Made by a program: the position numbers and the translations under genes. 64,000 nucleotides of DNA, from NCBI GenBank assembly GCA_045837725.1, contig JBEWZL010000163.1:1-64000 (forward strand), written 5' to 3'. The notes beneath the pieces are model-generated. The model did no database searches and was not told the DNA's origin. It saw only the letters and a program-made list of their open reading frames with translations. This document shows, piece after piece, positions 49,915 to 63,465 of the stretch. Each line of letters opens with the position of its first letter. Position 1 is the stretch's first letter. The stretch is from Vermamoeba vermiformis (Eukaryota).

Positions 49915-51425
49915 ATGCCAGTGCAAAAGTTTGCAATCTGTGCCGTTACGGCCTGCTCTATGGGTGCGATCTTACCGATGATAGTTTCATACGTTGTAAG
50001 CAACATGTTTCTGCACCCTCCACTTCAAGAATATATCGATTTGAATCACCCTGGCCACTTTAACTTAAGTTTTGAAGAGATCGAGTTTCCTTCGCTTGGA
50101 AACGATCCCAAGACTCAAACACTCAGAGGCTGGTGGATTGAAGGGCCCAAAGACGGTAAGAAATTTTTTTAAAAGCTAAATAATGATTTAGCGACGAAAT
50201 ATGGAGCGGATCATCCTCTTTTCCCCGTTGCTTACTAATAACGCAAGAAATTTCAATACTTTATTTTGAAAATAATATTGACTTTAATTAATAGGCTCCC
50301 ATCACTGTTCGAGAACGATTGTCGCTGTTCACGGCCTTGGAATGAATAGAAGAGAATATTTACGCCACGCTCAGATGTGGCACAACAGCGGCTACAATGT
50401 ATTGCTTTTTGATTGCAGAGAGGCTGTAGGAGGCACTAGCGATTCGTTTGGTAAGATTTTAACCCGGAGATTGCAGACGAGCTTTATTTTCGAAATTGAA
50501 TCTGGTTCACAAGTTAACTTCGCGAAACGACACTCACATCAATCCGACTTGTATTGACTCATAGTATCTCTTAGGTTATGGATTTGGCTATGGCATTAGA
50601 GAGCACGAAGACGTTCTGTCAGCTGTTCATTACGCACGATTTGAAAAAGGATCTTCGAAAGTAATCCTGATCGGCATGTCCATGGGAGCTGCTTCTGTTT
50701 TAAGTACGTCATTATTATTAACAGTAATTAATCGTTCGTAATTTCTAACTTTCATTAATAGCGGCTGTTGGGGTTAATCATACAAATGTCGATCTCGTTA
50801 TTGCAGAAAATGGATTTTCGGCCCCCGAAGGTAAATAAAATTAAATACAAACCTCTGTTTAAACAGATATTAACCCGTTTAATCCGTAGATATCTGGATG
50901 TATCACATCGAACGGGCGGTGAAAGGAACACAGGCAGGATTACAAAGCCTTGACAAGGGCGTGTGGAGTCAAATTCAAACATTTGTCACGCCGTTCTTGA
51001 CACCTCGCTGGATGACTAATTTAATCATGCGCATCACGAGGATGAGAATCGAAGGTAAGCACATTATTTAAAGCTTCCGCTTTGGATCAGATCTAATCAA
51101 CACTCCAGGCATGTTTAAACGAACACCTCCTCCCCGAGAGACTATTAATAAAGTAAATAAGCCGATTTTATTCATCGTTGGCAGTCATGATCCTACTGTA
51201 CCAAGCATTCACTCGAAGAATCTATACAAATTAGCTCGTAAGTCCAATACGAACTCCTTGCCTTTTAAGAACAAAATTAACGGGCCTTATCTAGAGCACC
51301 CGAAGTACCTGTGGGAAATTCCTTCAGAGTCGCATTTGCAAGGTTTTGATCTGTATGGCGCGGAAGAATTCCATCAAAAGTTTGACGAGTTTGTTGACCG
51401 ACATTTGCCGTGCAGTGCTAGGTGA
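49915..51425 (+). CDS. Alpha/beta hydrolase (ABHD13/YqkD-like), multi-exon
   Basis: LRGWWI, VAVHGLG, LLFDCR, GMSMGAA nucleophile, PILFIVGSHD, SH. Confidence 0.82.
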
Positions 51426-51584
51426 AATAACAATAACCTGTAAATAATAGCGAAAAACAACGAAAACCAAACAAGTGTACATATATTCAATATCATGTAA
51501 ATAAGTTCGCGATTCAACCAATACAGAGCACAATTTTATTCTACAAGAAGTACTGTACTATTAAACTACATTATAATGCCGTAT

Positions 51585-52625
51585 TTAGTAATAATATTTC
51601 TTCCTCCTCATTGGCGGCAACACACGATCAATTTTGTACTTGTCACGTGCACTCGCTGTGTCTTCTTCGTCCTCGTCTTGTGTCTTCTCTAATGTCCTCG
51701 AATATGATGAGGTCTTAGTGCTCGATCCTCGTGTGCTGAGTGATGCACGCAGGGCTGATGTCCGTTCAGCTTCCACGTCACGATCCACTTGTCGTTCGAT
51801 TTCTTTGTGTCGCCTGAAATTTCAAGCAATAATCAGCAAAAGATTCTCTCGATCACGATATTTATTCCCAAAAATCTCTTTGGTACTTGGATCTAGAGCT
51901 TACCTTTGTTTATCTTGTTCATCGCGCTCAGCTTGACGCCGTTCTCGTTTCTTGTCTTCATATTCTTGTCGGATCTCACTCGCCTGCACGCGTGTCTGAT
52001 GCTGCAGGTCTTTCAATTCCTCTAATTTTCGTTTTCTATCGCTGTCGTAATCGCGTTGTGTCTCATTCAATCGTTCTTCTAGTGCTTTTAACTCCGCTTC
52101 TACCGTCTTAATTTTTCGTTCGCGTTGCTTCTCAAAATAATCTTTTGACTCGTCGCTCGAAGTATTTTTAGCTCGCTTATCGCTATAATAATAGTTTGGA
52201 CTGTATTTAGCGCTGATAAAATTCTTTCGTTCTGATTGATGCGATTTAACTTGCGTATCAATACTGCGGTTGAAATTGAGCTGCATAAAAAATCATTATT
52301 ATACAATAACCCAATGTAACAGGATAATTACATTGATCTTGTAGCGATAGAATTATTTTGTATTAAATAGTAGATTTTTAAACCGTACCTCTTGTTTTAA
52401 ATCCTGAATCCGTTCTTTAACGCGTTCAATTTCTCGCTTTTGACGATTAATTTGCATAGCCATATCATCGTCGAATTTTTTCAATGCAATTAACAAATCT
52501 TCTTCATTGTCTTTCAACTTCTTGATTTTCCTTTCGATCTCTTCCTTCTCGCGCTCCTCTTCTCGTTTATTTGCCAGCACGTTGCTCCTCTCGAACAACT
52601 GCTCCCTCGTATATCGTTGTGTCAT
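51585..52625 (-). CDS. Charged coiled-coil protein, multi-exon
   Basis: Three E/K/R-rich ORF pieces separated by introns. Confidence 0.6.
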
Positions 52626-52739
52626 AATTAGGCGCTGAACTTTGATTGACTTCTCTGACGTCGCCAAATTTCATTTTCGTCACCGATCAAGGACTTGCAG
52701 CACCACAGCACAAGTCTAAATATATTATAATACCACACC

Positions 52740-54335
52740 ATGGGATTCGTATTCTCCTTATTCAAGAAGGTACTTGGAATACGCATAAAGATTGCAATCT
52801 GGATCGAACTTTCTTTCAATGTCTAATAGACGATTTAAATAGGAAGAAAATTATGAAAAAGTACTCGAACAAATAGACCAACAAATACAGAAGATTCAAG
52901 TTCGATTGAAGCAATATCAAGTCAATCATAGGACGAACGTGATCAGATTACTTATAGTGACACTAATATTCGAAATAAGCTATCTTGTATATTGGAAGTT
53001 CTTTTTACACGTCACTACTCCACTAGAGAACTATCTCTGGGCCTCTCCTTTGTTTTTAGCCTTATTATTGTAAGTGCGCCAAAATTTTTATCCATCAATA
53101 CAAAAATTTTTATTTAACGAGGAACAACGCAAAAATATTAACCACACGAATTACGTTGATATACTATGCGCTTTTTTTCGATTTTTTAATTAATTTTTTC
53201 TTTTATTTAGAGCCTATGTATTTAAACGTGTAATCAATCAATACTACGCATATAGAAGCACCAATGATAGTAAGTATAATGCCTCTTTATTTTTCAATTT
53301 TTTGCTGCTCGATCAGATCTGTTGACGTGTACTAAAATACATTTTTAGCTTTGAAGTTAGAGGAGCTACAAAAGAAGCAAGAAGAAAAGGTTAGTAGTCA
53401 TTATAATAGCAGCGATATTGAGCTAATTTCGTCATCAGCTGGAAGAGTACAAAGCGAAAATCAACTTCTCGCATGTGGAGAATGTCATCAACCGATTTGA
53501 CCGCAGAAAGAGTTTGTTGCCCAATCCTCCACCCAATCTTGGCACGCCCACCAGGTACTACAATATCTATATTATGTAACGGTCCTAATGCTATTACAGA
53601 CCTGGTCCCGGACCCAACACTCCGACACGAGGCCCGGGTCCCAATTCTCAAACACCACAGCCTCACATGCCCGTCAATCCCATGCAACAGCCTCAACAAC
53701 CTCAGCCTCAGCAGCCACAAGTGCCGCAGATTCGTCCTCAAATCCCTGGCACTTCACCCGCACCTGTCAATCCCGCACCAGGCCCTCACGTGCCAGCACC
53801 AATCACGGGCCCTAAAGTACCTGTTGGCACTGTGTTCACACCGAATCAAATCAGCAGTAGCAGCGCCGAAGAGGACAAAGGTAAGTGTCAACGGTGTTAT
53901 TGGTGAACAATTAACTGTGACACGTCATTGACACGGACATGTTAGATCGCGGTTTGATGGACAAATTGCTCGATTTCTTCGTCGGAGATTCGCCGAGCAA
54001 GAGCTTTGCTCTAATCTGCAAGAAGTGCAAGGCACACAACGGATTGGCACCGATTGAAGAAATGGACTCGATCCGTAAGTGCACGATGATATTTTTATTG
54101 CACGTGCCAACTCACGTTGCTATTAACAGAATTTATTTGCGGTGCGTGTGGCTTCTTGAATGATTTCAGAAAGGACCAGCCCAACAAACCTGCTGCGACT
54201 AACCCTGCGGCCAACAATAGCAATAACATTAACGCAGCTAACAATAATAACACTAATACTAACACAGCTAACAATAACAATACCAATACTAGTGCTGCTA
54301 GTGCTTCACCTTCAGAGGAAAAGAAAGAGAAATAA
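52740..54335 (+). CDS. LNPK: Lunapark (ER junction formation protein)
   Basis: MG- start, two TMs, P/Q-rich linker, MDKLLDFFVGD...FALICKKCKAHNG...FICGACGFLN zinc finger. Confidence 0.88.
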
Positions 54336-54399
54336 ATCATTAAGTTGATTTTTCTGTACACTATTTTACATTTTTATTTCGTTTTTGATCACTTTTATA

Positions 54400-55190
54400 T
54401 TACACAGTACCATCCAATAGGCTAGTAATCGCTGCCTTGTCGCTCGAACTACTGTCGATTTCATTGTCCGTTGCGAGCATTTTGAAGTTGCACACGGGAA
54501 ATCCATCCGAGCCCACAGTGGCACACCGCCAGTACGCGCGATCAAACTGTTCGTTGTACATCTTCGCTGCTGGCTGCAGACAATAACACATTGTCAGGCC
54601 CTTTTCATTGCTCATGCGTGCTCGTGCATTCTCCAGCACAACTTTCAAATTGCCTTTCGATCGTCCTTCCTCTGATTGGTCATCCCTACAACACATTAAT
54701 ATCTCCAATTTGCGGACTATTATGACCGGTGATATAATTACTTTTCTTTGTTCTTCAGCTTCTCCAAATTCCTACGGTGCTTTGAAGTCGTCGCGTTGTT
54801 TTGTCCGGTGATGTGATCACGGAACTTGGTCACCGTGCCTAATATCAATATTAATGTCTGTTATTATCTTACGCCAGAGCTGTGAGCGTACCTGGATAGC
54901 CCAGATTGATCTTCGTGTCGCAGATGTTGCAGTAAATCGCGTCAAGTGTTTTCGAGACGATAAAATCTTCTTCGCCGTTCGGCAACATTTCTTTCATTTT
55001 TGGGTCATTTAATATCGCTGCCACTACATCTGCTTCTGATTTAGATTTTTGAACTTTGCGCTTCTTGGGCTTTTTCTGTGGGCAATTAAATCAGAGATCC
55101 GATTCTTCGAATTTTCAAACTGACTTACAATATTCCTTAACCAACTGGAAGTCTACACGGTAGACGTACCAGAATTTGGACATGGCTGCT
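54400..55190 (-). CDS. Nuclear zinc-finger protein (C2H2-like + GRF-type finger); 5' end uncertain
   Basis: Spliced KKPKKRK; YCNICDTKI...H...H; CYC...RAYWRC...CNF. Confidence 0.6.
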
Positions 55191-55241
55191 CCCATTTCTC
55201 ATAAATAAGCTCAATAGTAGCCCAGGCTATCGTCTGTTGAG

Positions 55242-55510
55242 TAAATCTGAAGCAAACTGACTATCCCCAAACTCTCAGTGCCTACACACGAGGTTTTTTG
55301 CGTCAAAGCTGCCTCAGGCACTTTCGTGCTCATGCTACACCACAACGTGTTACATGCTACTAACAGTTAGCCTAGCAGGTGATTATGTGAATAAATCTGA
55401 AGCAAGCTGACTATCCCCAAACTCTCAGTGCCTACACACGAGGTTTTTTGCGTCAAAGCCGCCTCAGGCACTTTCGTGCTCATGCTACACCACAACGTGT
55501 TACATGCTAT
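55242..55510. repeat. Two near-identical ~118-bp direct repeats, period 150 bp
   Basis: TAAATCTGAAGCAA...GTTACATGCTA at 55242 and 55392. Confidence 0.9.
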
Positions 55511-55547
55511 TCACACAATAGTTAACTGATAACTCCTTGTACAAAAC

Positions 55548-58485
55548 TTAAAGATTTACACCTTTGAATTTCTTCCAGCACTTCTTGTGTAAGGCAACTT
55601 TGCACTGAATGCACTTGTAGCTAAGGCAATTAATTAGTTTGACAAAAGTACACCTACACATACTTACAGTGTAGAAGAAGATATCTTTTGAGTTTGACAA
55701 AAGAAACAACGCTTGGAGTTGCCAAATTCGTACGCACAGGTGTGGGTGTATGGATTATGCTTTCCACTGGCGTGCACAAGATCTAACGCTTCTATTGTGT
55801 AGTTTCGTTTCCTTTTTGATTGGAATTCCTCTACCAGGGAGCGCGCTAAATTGGCAAGAAATTTCTTGGCAGGAATATCACTGTTGGTGAGTCTTTTGAA
55901 GAGTGTTTCTGCCTGAACTTGAGCAGAGCGCTCCCAATCTGCAAATACTAAGCGCTCTGTTACTTTTCGAATCCGGTAGGGCCACTTAAACTTCTTGGCT
56001 TTGGAGTTATGCTTATCCACAGAACTGAAGTATGTCCGATATTGTTGCACCAAGTGGGGAGCAGAGTATGCAAGCTTTTTCTTTTTGTTTCCATCAATTA
56101 CTTTTTCAGAAATTGAGGCTGCTGTTCCTCGATTACTAGCCCAGTGACAGGTCTTGCCTTGAGGGTCATAGAATGACATGATGATATCTGAGTCGTTTGT
56201 TAAGCTGCGCCATTGTCCTGGCTGTAAACAATGAGCAAGGTTGTTTTGAAACAGGTTAGGGTGTGATGTTCCAATAATGCCAACAGTGTATCCAATATTG
56301 TGCTTTTGCAGGTGCTGCCATAGTGAGGAAAACTCTCTGTCACAAAATACATGATAGTGTGATAAGTTTCGAGTTGTCAGATTGTTCCATTCTTCATAAT
56401 TTGTGGGTTCTCTAATAAAGTCATAAACGTGCCTTTGTTTGTCAGGGAGTCTTGACAATAAAAAACTGACGGCTTTTTCCAAATCGAAATTTGTCTTTGA
56501 TGCTCGTGGAAACATTGTTTTAAATGGTAGAGGTCTTTGCGAAAGTTGACCTGTTTTGAAGGCGTGATATAACTCTCGCCATTTCTTGAACTTGTCTGTT
56601 ATGGTAGCAAACAGTCCATATCGAGGAATGAAGCCAGACATCCATCCACTTTCATCAATAATGACATATTCTAACATTGCCCAAGGGAATGGCTTGCGTA
56701 ATCTGTAAATCTTGTAAATTGACCTTCCTTTCCAAGCATTTGCTTTATCATCTAAAGCAAGGTGGCTGAATGGCACCCATATTTCTGAGTAGGTTTGATT
56801 CAGAGCTGCCCAAACAAAGTACACATCATACCTAAGACCAAAGGTAAGAACCATTACAGTGAGTGAACAACGAACTTACTTTTTGTTCCGGTGTATAAAC
56901 TTGAATTCATCTTTTAGCATTGTTTTAGCAATCCACCTGTTGCCCCACATGGCGCGTGAATGCAAAAAGGAGGCCCAAGAGTCATCAACAGAATGACCTG
57001 GCGATAATTGTTGTGCAATTCTAACACCAAGATAAGCGCGCAAATCGACTGCTTTGATGTGCAGATTTGCATCTGTTGTTTTTTCAATATGTTCAATTAT
57101 GTCATTCATCATAAGTAAGTAACAGTCAAGCTCTGTGACACGTAGTGTTGAAGACAGTTTTGGCTTTCCCAGTTGATGACGTATTGCATTAATTTTTGTT
57201 AAGATGAGCTGGTGCTTTGGTCCTGGGTTTGTCAATGGTTGAGAAGTTTTGGGCTTGAATTTACTCCCATCGTTTTTCCACCCAGACAGTTTTGCTTGAA
57301 GTTTAGCTGCCAGTAATGGTTATCAAAATGATTAATGAATGAGAAATCAATACCTTCTTTCACTGCTGCAGGACTTGCGACTTCTGATGTCTCTTCATTA
57401 TCTTCTTCAATTGATTCACTCATATCATCACTTTCGTTTGCTTCATATTCACTATCTGATATCTCTATTGGATCACTTTGACATGATGTTGAGTCCCATT
57501 CCATAAAATCATTAAATTGCTGTGATTCATTTCCAATAATTCGTGTGGGTCTGGACTTGGTTGGGGATGAAATACGCTGTGTGCAGTACACTAAGATATA
57601 AGCACTTGCAATTCCCTCAAATAACCTCTGCATGAAGTCTTTGGGAGCCTACATTGAGGTTAGAACCTGCAAAATGGCATACTTTGACTACCTTTGAGAC
57701 GACTGCATCATTGAGTTCAAGCCATTGGTTGTTCGCAAGGCTGTAGGTTACGTAGTGACCCTGTTTAGCAGTTCCTTGGTGCACTATTATTGATTTGAGT
57801 TGGTAGGTCTCTGCATGACCACTACAACTGAGCTTTGCTGGAATAACTAGAGTTGACTTGAAGTGAAACTTCGCTTCATTCTTGTTGCCCAGATTATCAA
57901 AACGCTTAAGGTGGAGGACTAATGCAGTGGGGAATGTCAAAAATTTGTGTGAACCCCAGTCCTTATCATTGAATAAGTTAAAATCCAAGTCTTATGCAAA
58001 TGTTACGTACACTGCTGAAAAGTTGAACTAAACTGTCCACAACATTGCCGGGGGCAACTGGAATTGAAATATCTAAATTATAAAGTCAATTGAAATTAAG
58101 TCGAGTTGCAGCAGTCATTTGTACCTATAAAAGGCTCCATTAATTCTGAACCATTACGTTGTAAGGCACCACCAAAAACTTGCTTTATAATTCGCTTGAA
58201 CTCAGAGTCTTCAGTTAACTTGTCCAATAAATTGAGCAGAAACTCTTGTAAATCACGGTGTTCTTTTTGGTAGCTTGCTTTTGATATTTTCAATAGCCTT
58301 GTTAATGGTTCGATATGAATTGTTTTATTACTCTTCATAAGTGTGATAATCTGTCGAAATTCAATCGCAAGTTTGTGTGTAGGTTTTGATGATATAACAA
58401 GCTCACGGAAAGCTTCAATACTAAATAATAGCTGTAAAGAACTGCTAATGTAGCATGTGGCACCAAGGTTTACTACTTTGGCCAT
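55548..58485 (-). mobile_element. Spliced gene encoding ubiquitin-specific protease (C19) fused to piggyBac-like transposase with C-terminal Cys-rich domain
   Basis: USP: NLGATCY, LVLHLKRF, IVHQG...GHY, SAYILVY. Transposase: YLG...MLKDEFKFIHRN, IIDES, VFCDREFSS, PHLVQQY..FSSVD, CFFC...CIQCKVALHKKC. The short introns checked restore the frame. Confidence 0.78.
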
Positions 58486-58589
58486 TGCCGAGGCACTTTT
58501 CGAGGTCGCGTGTGGTTCGGATCTAACACATCAAAAATAAACTGAGTAATCATTAGCCATGTATAAAGTGATAATAACTCACCACTATT

Positions 58590-59565
58590 GTGCGAAATTT
58601 ACTGGAATTTGTTTACAAAGATGGCAGAAAAAACTCAAACAATAGAGTCCGGGTCCCCTAAATCGCCTGTACAAAATCTTCTCAATATGAAGTCGCACAC
58701 CTATCAATAAGATTGTATTAATAAGAGTGTTACAAATCGAAAGTACGACCCGAATAGTTGCAGCACAATGGCCGAACAGATCGGAGGCGTTAATTTTAAA
58801 AAATAATTCAAAATAATTCAAAAGTGCTTGTAATTGCTTACGAGGCACTCTATTATTAATATTATGATTTATCGCGATGGAATTAGTCGTTAATTTTGTT
58901 GTGATGCGAAGATCAGAAAAAACAAATCCAGCATCTGGCTTACCAACCAAAAGTTACGGCACTTCGCATCAATTGCCGTCAATTCAGGGACCACTTTGTA
59001 CAGAAATATAACTTTAAGATATAAGTGTGGTCGTTCTATGTTGAAAAACGTAATTTTATTGTTACAGTCGACTGCGAAATATTATTCTGCGCTGTAATAA
59101 TTAAACTGAAATGCAGTCCCCAATCGCTTATTAGTTTTTGTTCGAGTATTTGCAGCGTTGACATATTTACACCTTTTGATTTTAATATTTCTGCATTTTT
59201 TAATGCGTCCTCGTCTGAAACTCCTAGTTCCGCGGCAATATTTAATAAATATGCGCTTAAATCGTCCTCTAAAAAATATTAATTAATTCTCTGTTCGATT
59301 ACTAGGTTTGTCGCGTACCCTCTGATAAAGATCTCTTTCGCCCAATAATTCGTTCCTCGCCCGCTGGTAATTCTGATTCGCGCGGACTTAATTGAGTTAA
59401 ATCCCCGCTGTAATTATACGTGGGTTCGTTGTTGGTAGTGGAGAACTGATCAACCGGATCGGCGGATTTGTCACCTTTGTTAATCATCATCTCTATTGTC
59501 ATGGTCGGCATGTGGCTTATTGCAGAAGCAGGTGGTGATACTGCCAGGTCCTGTGAAGTCTTCAA
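58590..59565 (-). CDS. Hypothetical protein, multi-exon (model uncertain)
   Basis: ORF 59302-59565 splices in frame into a helical exon (EDDLSAYLLNIAAELG...). Confidence 0.4.
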
Positions 59566-59846
59566 TACTGTAACGCATCTTGCGACGTGATCGACGAGTT
59601 TATCAATTGGAACTTGCTTGCCGCAAATTGAGCACTAAAATAATATTCAGTACATATATCATAGTTAAAGTATTTGAAAAATATCCTACGCTAATTGCGG
59701 ACTCCATTCGTGCTCTTCTGTTTGCGGAGAAAGACAGAAAAGGCCGAAAAAATTCGCAGTTTGACTGTCATTGACCAGCAACGAAATTTGGTGGTGAATT
59801 ATCTGACATGTATTCATATAAGAAATTTATTTACATCTAAGTGCTC

Positions 59847-61864
59847 TTAACAATTGGCAGGTGTGATCTGGTATTTTGGCGGCATCGCGGCACAACGTTC
59901 TTTCATGTGCGAATACGGCTGCATAGTGCTCGCGTCTTTCATCGTCAAAGTGTGCTTGCCCATCAATTCTACAAACAGTAATTGTTAGCACATGAGTACT
60001 TTAGATCCAATTTCAAAACGTACGACAGTAAGGCAAGTTGTCCACCTGACACTGTTTGGGTCGTTGAGTGGCAGACAATTGATACAAGTCCAGCATGTAG
60101 GAGTCGCGGGGAGTGAACTCGGTGACCTAATAGTGACCACATTAATATGCGGGTGATTGGAGTTGATAACGCGTACCTGAATGTCCTCAGTCAAGGCCCC
60201 GAACAGCCCACCAGCCTTGTACATTGACAGCACAAACACGTCGCACACCATGCTCTTGCCGTCCTTGTACACCCAGCGATCGTGTTCGGGCACTGTCAGC
60301 AGCTCTCTGAAGGTAATGTTGCGTTGTTGCAGCAGAGCTAAAATGCCGTAAATGTCCAAATCTTCCGTGCCCAAACCTACGACGCCGTTAGGACTATTCG
60401 CCAAGTAACCATCACACTACTCACGCTTGTTCAATCCCATCAAGATAACGCTGTCGCAGTAGTACCTGTCGATTTCTTGGAACAAAATTGTGACGTAGAG
60501 CAGCACGTGACCATCGAGTGGTGGAGGGTAATTGCCAGACACGGTGTCAATCCAGCTGTCAACGGAGTTAGTTTTATCTCATGAACTCGTTATAACACCG
60601 CGTACCCGTAGATGAAGTTGTGATAGCCGTAAGGCGTGCCTTGCACTGAGTTGAAAAATTCGAGTGCTGCGGTGCTGTTGTACTTGGCTCGAATTTCAGG
60701 TCTCAACTGTGCATATTGTCGGTTAATAAGCTTCAATAGACTATAGTCCCTCATACTTTTAACACGGCTACATCGTGCTGAGCGTCCACTGATCGTTGAA
60801 TCCACTCCTTGTATGGTGTTTTAATGATGCCGAATGGTGGTGGCCACGAGCCATCAGCACCGACTGACTCCATGATATACAGCTGATATGATCGTTAATA
60901 TATTCCGTATTGAAATAGGCTCTTACTTTGCCGTTAATTCGCTGAGCAATGGCAGTATGTGAAGTATGAGAGCCCGTGCCCACCATGATCTGCCGCACTA
61001 AATTAGGTAATGCCCTTCAACAGTACAATAATCAGCTCCGTACCATGGTGCCCACGCCGTCCGTGCGTCTAATAGCCATGTAGTCACCGTCTTCAATCTC
61101 CGACTCGTCGAGATAAATCACGGGCAAGTTGCGAACTGGCAACGTCTCGTTCCAATAATCTTGAATAAATCGCGTGCTAGATACGAACAGTAAGCATTGA
61201 TATAATATAATTATCGTTATGTTACCCGTCCTCAAGCTTCCAGGGACCAACAAACATCATCACGGTGAAGAACACGTCCTCCAAACTGATTAAATGAGTT
61301 AGTTGCTATTGTTAGCCTCATTGTCTATTCTTACGAGCCAAGGAATCCATCGGGCAAATAGAATATTTTCATGCCATTTTGAAGAATGTCGGCGTATTCT
61401 CCGTCAGCAAAATCGGTCAGATCAACTAGGGACAATTTGTTACTATTTGATTAGTTCTATATAAGACTAATCTTGTTTACGTACTCGTATGTTGTCCCTC
61501 GAAGAAGAAGTACTTAAAATAGTAATTCTCGCGGTCTAATACGACATAGGCCTCAGAGCAGTACCAATCAACGGGATCTTTCAAATTGAAAAACAATCGC
61601 GCGCCAGAGTCAGTTATACTCAAGTGAGCTTCGGCATTCTATGAATCATATCAATATTATACTAATCAAGGATGATTTGACCGGTTGTACCTGAAAGCAA
61701 GTCGACTTCCACTTTTGAACCTTTGAATCCAACATTACGGTGGCTTTAAATTGAGGAACAAATTCAAAATAAGGATCTTTCTCGTCCATTGTCTGCCTAG
61801 ATTCGCGAGACTTTAGGTTTCGCACGTAATTACGCCATTGTTGATGCCTTTGCTCATGAGACAA
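59847..61864 (-). CDS. Conserved uncharacterised protein resembling a family I recall from plants and amoebae; many exons, 5' end uncertain
   Basis: GTGSHTSHTA, GTPYGYHNFIY-WID, PEHDRWVYKDGKSMVCDVFV, HMKERCAAMPP. Confidence 0.65.
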
Positions 61865-62459
61865 CTGGAAAATTATTTAATATGAAAATATTTCTAATTT
61901 TTCAAGCGTAATGTTATGTCTATATATTTCAGCAGGATAATTAATTTTTGCGCTGCGAAAGTAAAATTTTTTGATATTTCCAAACTTAAAAATTACGAAA
62001 CATACAGGAAAATAAACTGAATGCGCGCCTTTCTCATAAATATCAAAGCTGTGTAGTTTGTCGTCTATTTTGCGGTATCCATTCGCCAGCAAATTCCCTG
62101 TGGATAAAGCGATCAGATCCAAAAATATTCCATTGCTGAATTACTGTAAGGAGTACCTCTGGAAAAGGCCGCGTAATTGAATCCTACGAGTAGGACTCCA
62201 ATTGAAAATAATATAAGAGCTCTATTGCTCATTGCGGAGTTAATTAAAATATAAACAAACGGGCGAATTTCACCTGAAAAGTTGTGAACCCGCGAGTTTT
62301 TGTCACCCGCACGCCATTAATCAATCATAATTTCGCGTTGTAAAAGCAACGACATATTTCTATATTTATTATTTGTATTTATTAAACCAAAGCAAGGCTA
62401 TTCTACGTCTGTATTATTGAGATCGTAGAGAGCTAATTTTTATTTTGAAGACTTTTTTG

Positions 62460-63245
62460 ATGGCTTCTGCAACAGTCAAAACTCTAATTGCGGTAGCATG
62501 TATAGCAGTATTATTTGGAATTGTTTGTATAATTTGCGGCGTTAGTAGTCAGAGCCTGATCTGCAGCCAAGCGTGCGATGAGCAATGTAAAGGAGAAACA
62601 AATTACGCAAACCCTGCTGTGGACGGAAATAATTTGATAATTTGTCAAGCCTGTGTATATCGAAAGGCCAATATTACAGCCACTGGAAAGTGCGAAACAA
62701 AATACATCTCAAATCAGGACACATCCATCCGCAACATTCTGAACCCAATCGGAGCGTTATTGTTAGCCGTTGGATTAGTAATAGGAATATGCTTGATCGC
62801 AACGACACGAAGAATAATCATTGTGGAGTCGACAAACGCGATCTTGCTCGTGTTCTGCCTTCTGCTCTTCATTAGCGGCACTGCTATGATATCAATTATA
62901 CGCAGCACTGGCGCTAATATGTGCGAAGACATATGCGATGAATTCAGATGCAAGAAAGATCAATACCCGGACTATGCCCAAGCCGCAGTCAACGCCACGA
63001 CAGGACGCACTCGATGCCTTCATTGCAAATTAGCCCCTAAATCTACGACACAATGCAACGCTTTGGACATCACAACGGATCTGGCAATGGTCAGCAGCAT
63101 CGTGTACCCGTTCGCGGCTATGTTTATTCTATTTGCCAGCATTTTGTTGATTATTACGCTGGTGAATTCGAGCAAGCCAAAGAAGCGCAAAGACGAACTT
63201 CAAATGGTGTTCGAGAAGGCACTGTATAGATCCCAACTGAAATAA
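62460..63245 (+). CDS. Four-TM membrane protein built from two TM-Cys-loop-TM repeats
   Basis: Repeats CSQACD..CK...YANPAV...CQAC and CEDICD..CK...YAQAAV...CLHC. Confidence 0.75.
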   Translation: MASATVKTLIAVACIAVLFGIVCIICGVSSQSLICSQACDEQCKGETNYANPAVDGNNLIICQACVYRKANITATGKCETKYISNQDTSIRNILNPIGALLLAVGLVIGICLIATTRRIIIVESTNAILLVFCLLLFISGTAMISIIRSTGANMCEDICDEFRCKKDQYPDYAQAAVNATTGRTRCLHCKLAPKSTTQCNALDITTDLAMVSSIVYPFAAMFILFASILLIITLVNSSKPKKRKDELQMVFEKALYRSQLK

Positions 63246-63465
63246 TGCGGATCTATTTTTGTAAATATTTTCCGTTTCTTGATTTGGTTTTCTGACCAAA
63301 TTTTTGAACGGTTGTACATAGGTGTAATAAATAACATCTTCCTCCGTCCTTGCTTGCTATCTGTATTCACTGAATTTCTACGAAATTAGGATCAAAGCAC
63401 AAAAACTCCTCGCGCTCGGTGAAAAAAAAATTCATACAATTTTGTAAACACGACAATTAACACGA

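Noticed and set aside
54178-54300. AAC/AAT-rich repeat
   Set aside because: Ordinary Asn-rich low-complexity tail of Lunapark
54340-59850. piggyBac TIRs and TTAA target duplication
   Set aside because: No convincing inverted termini found by eye
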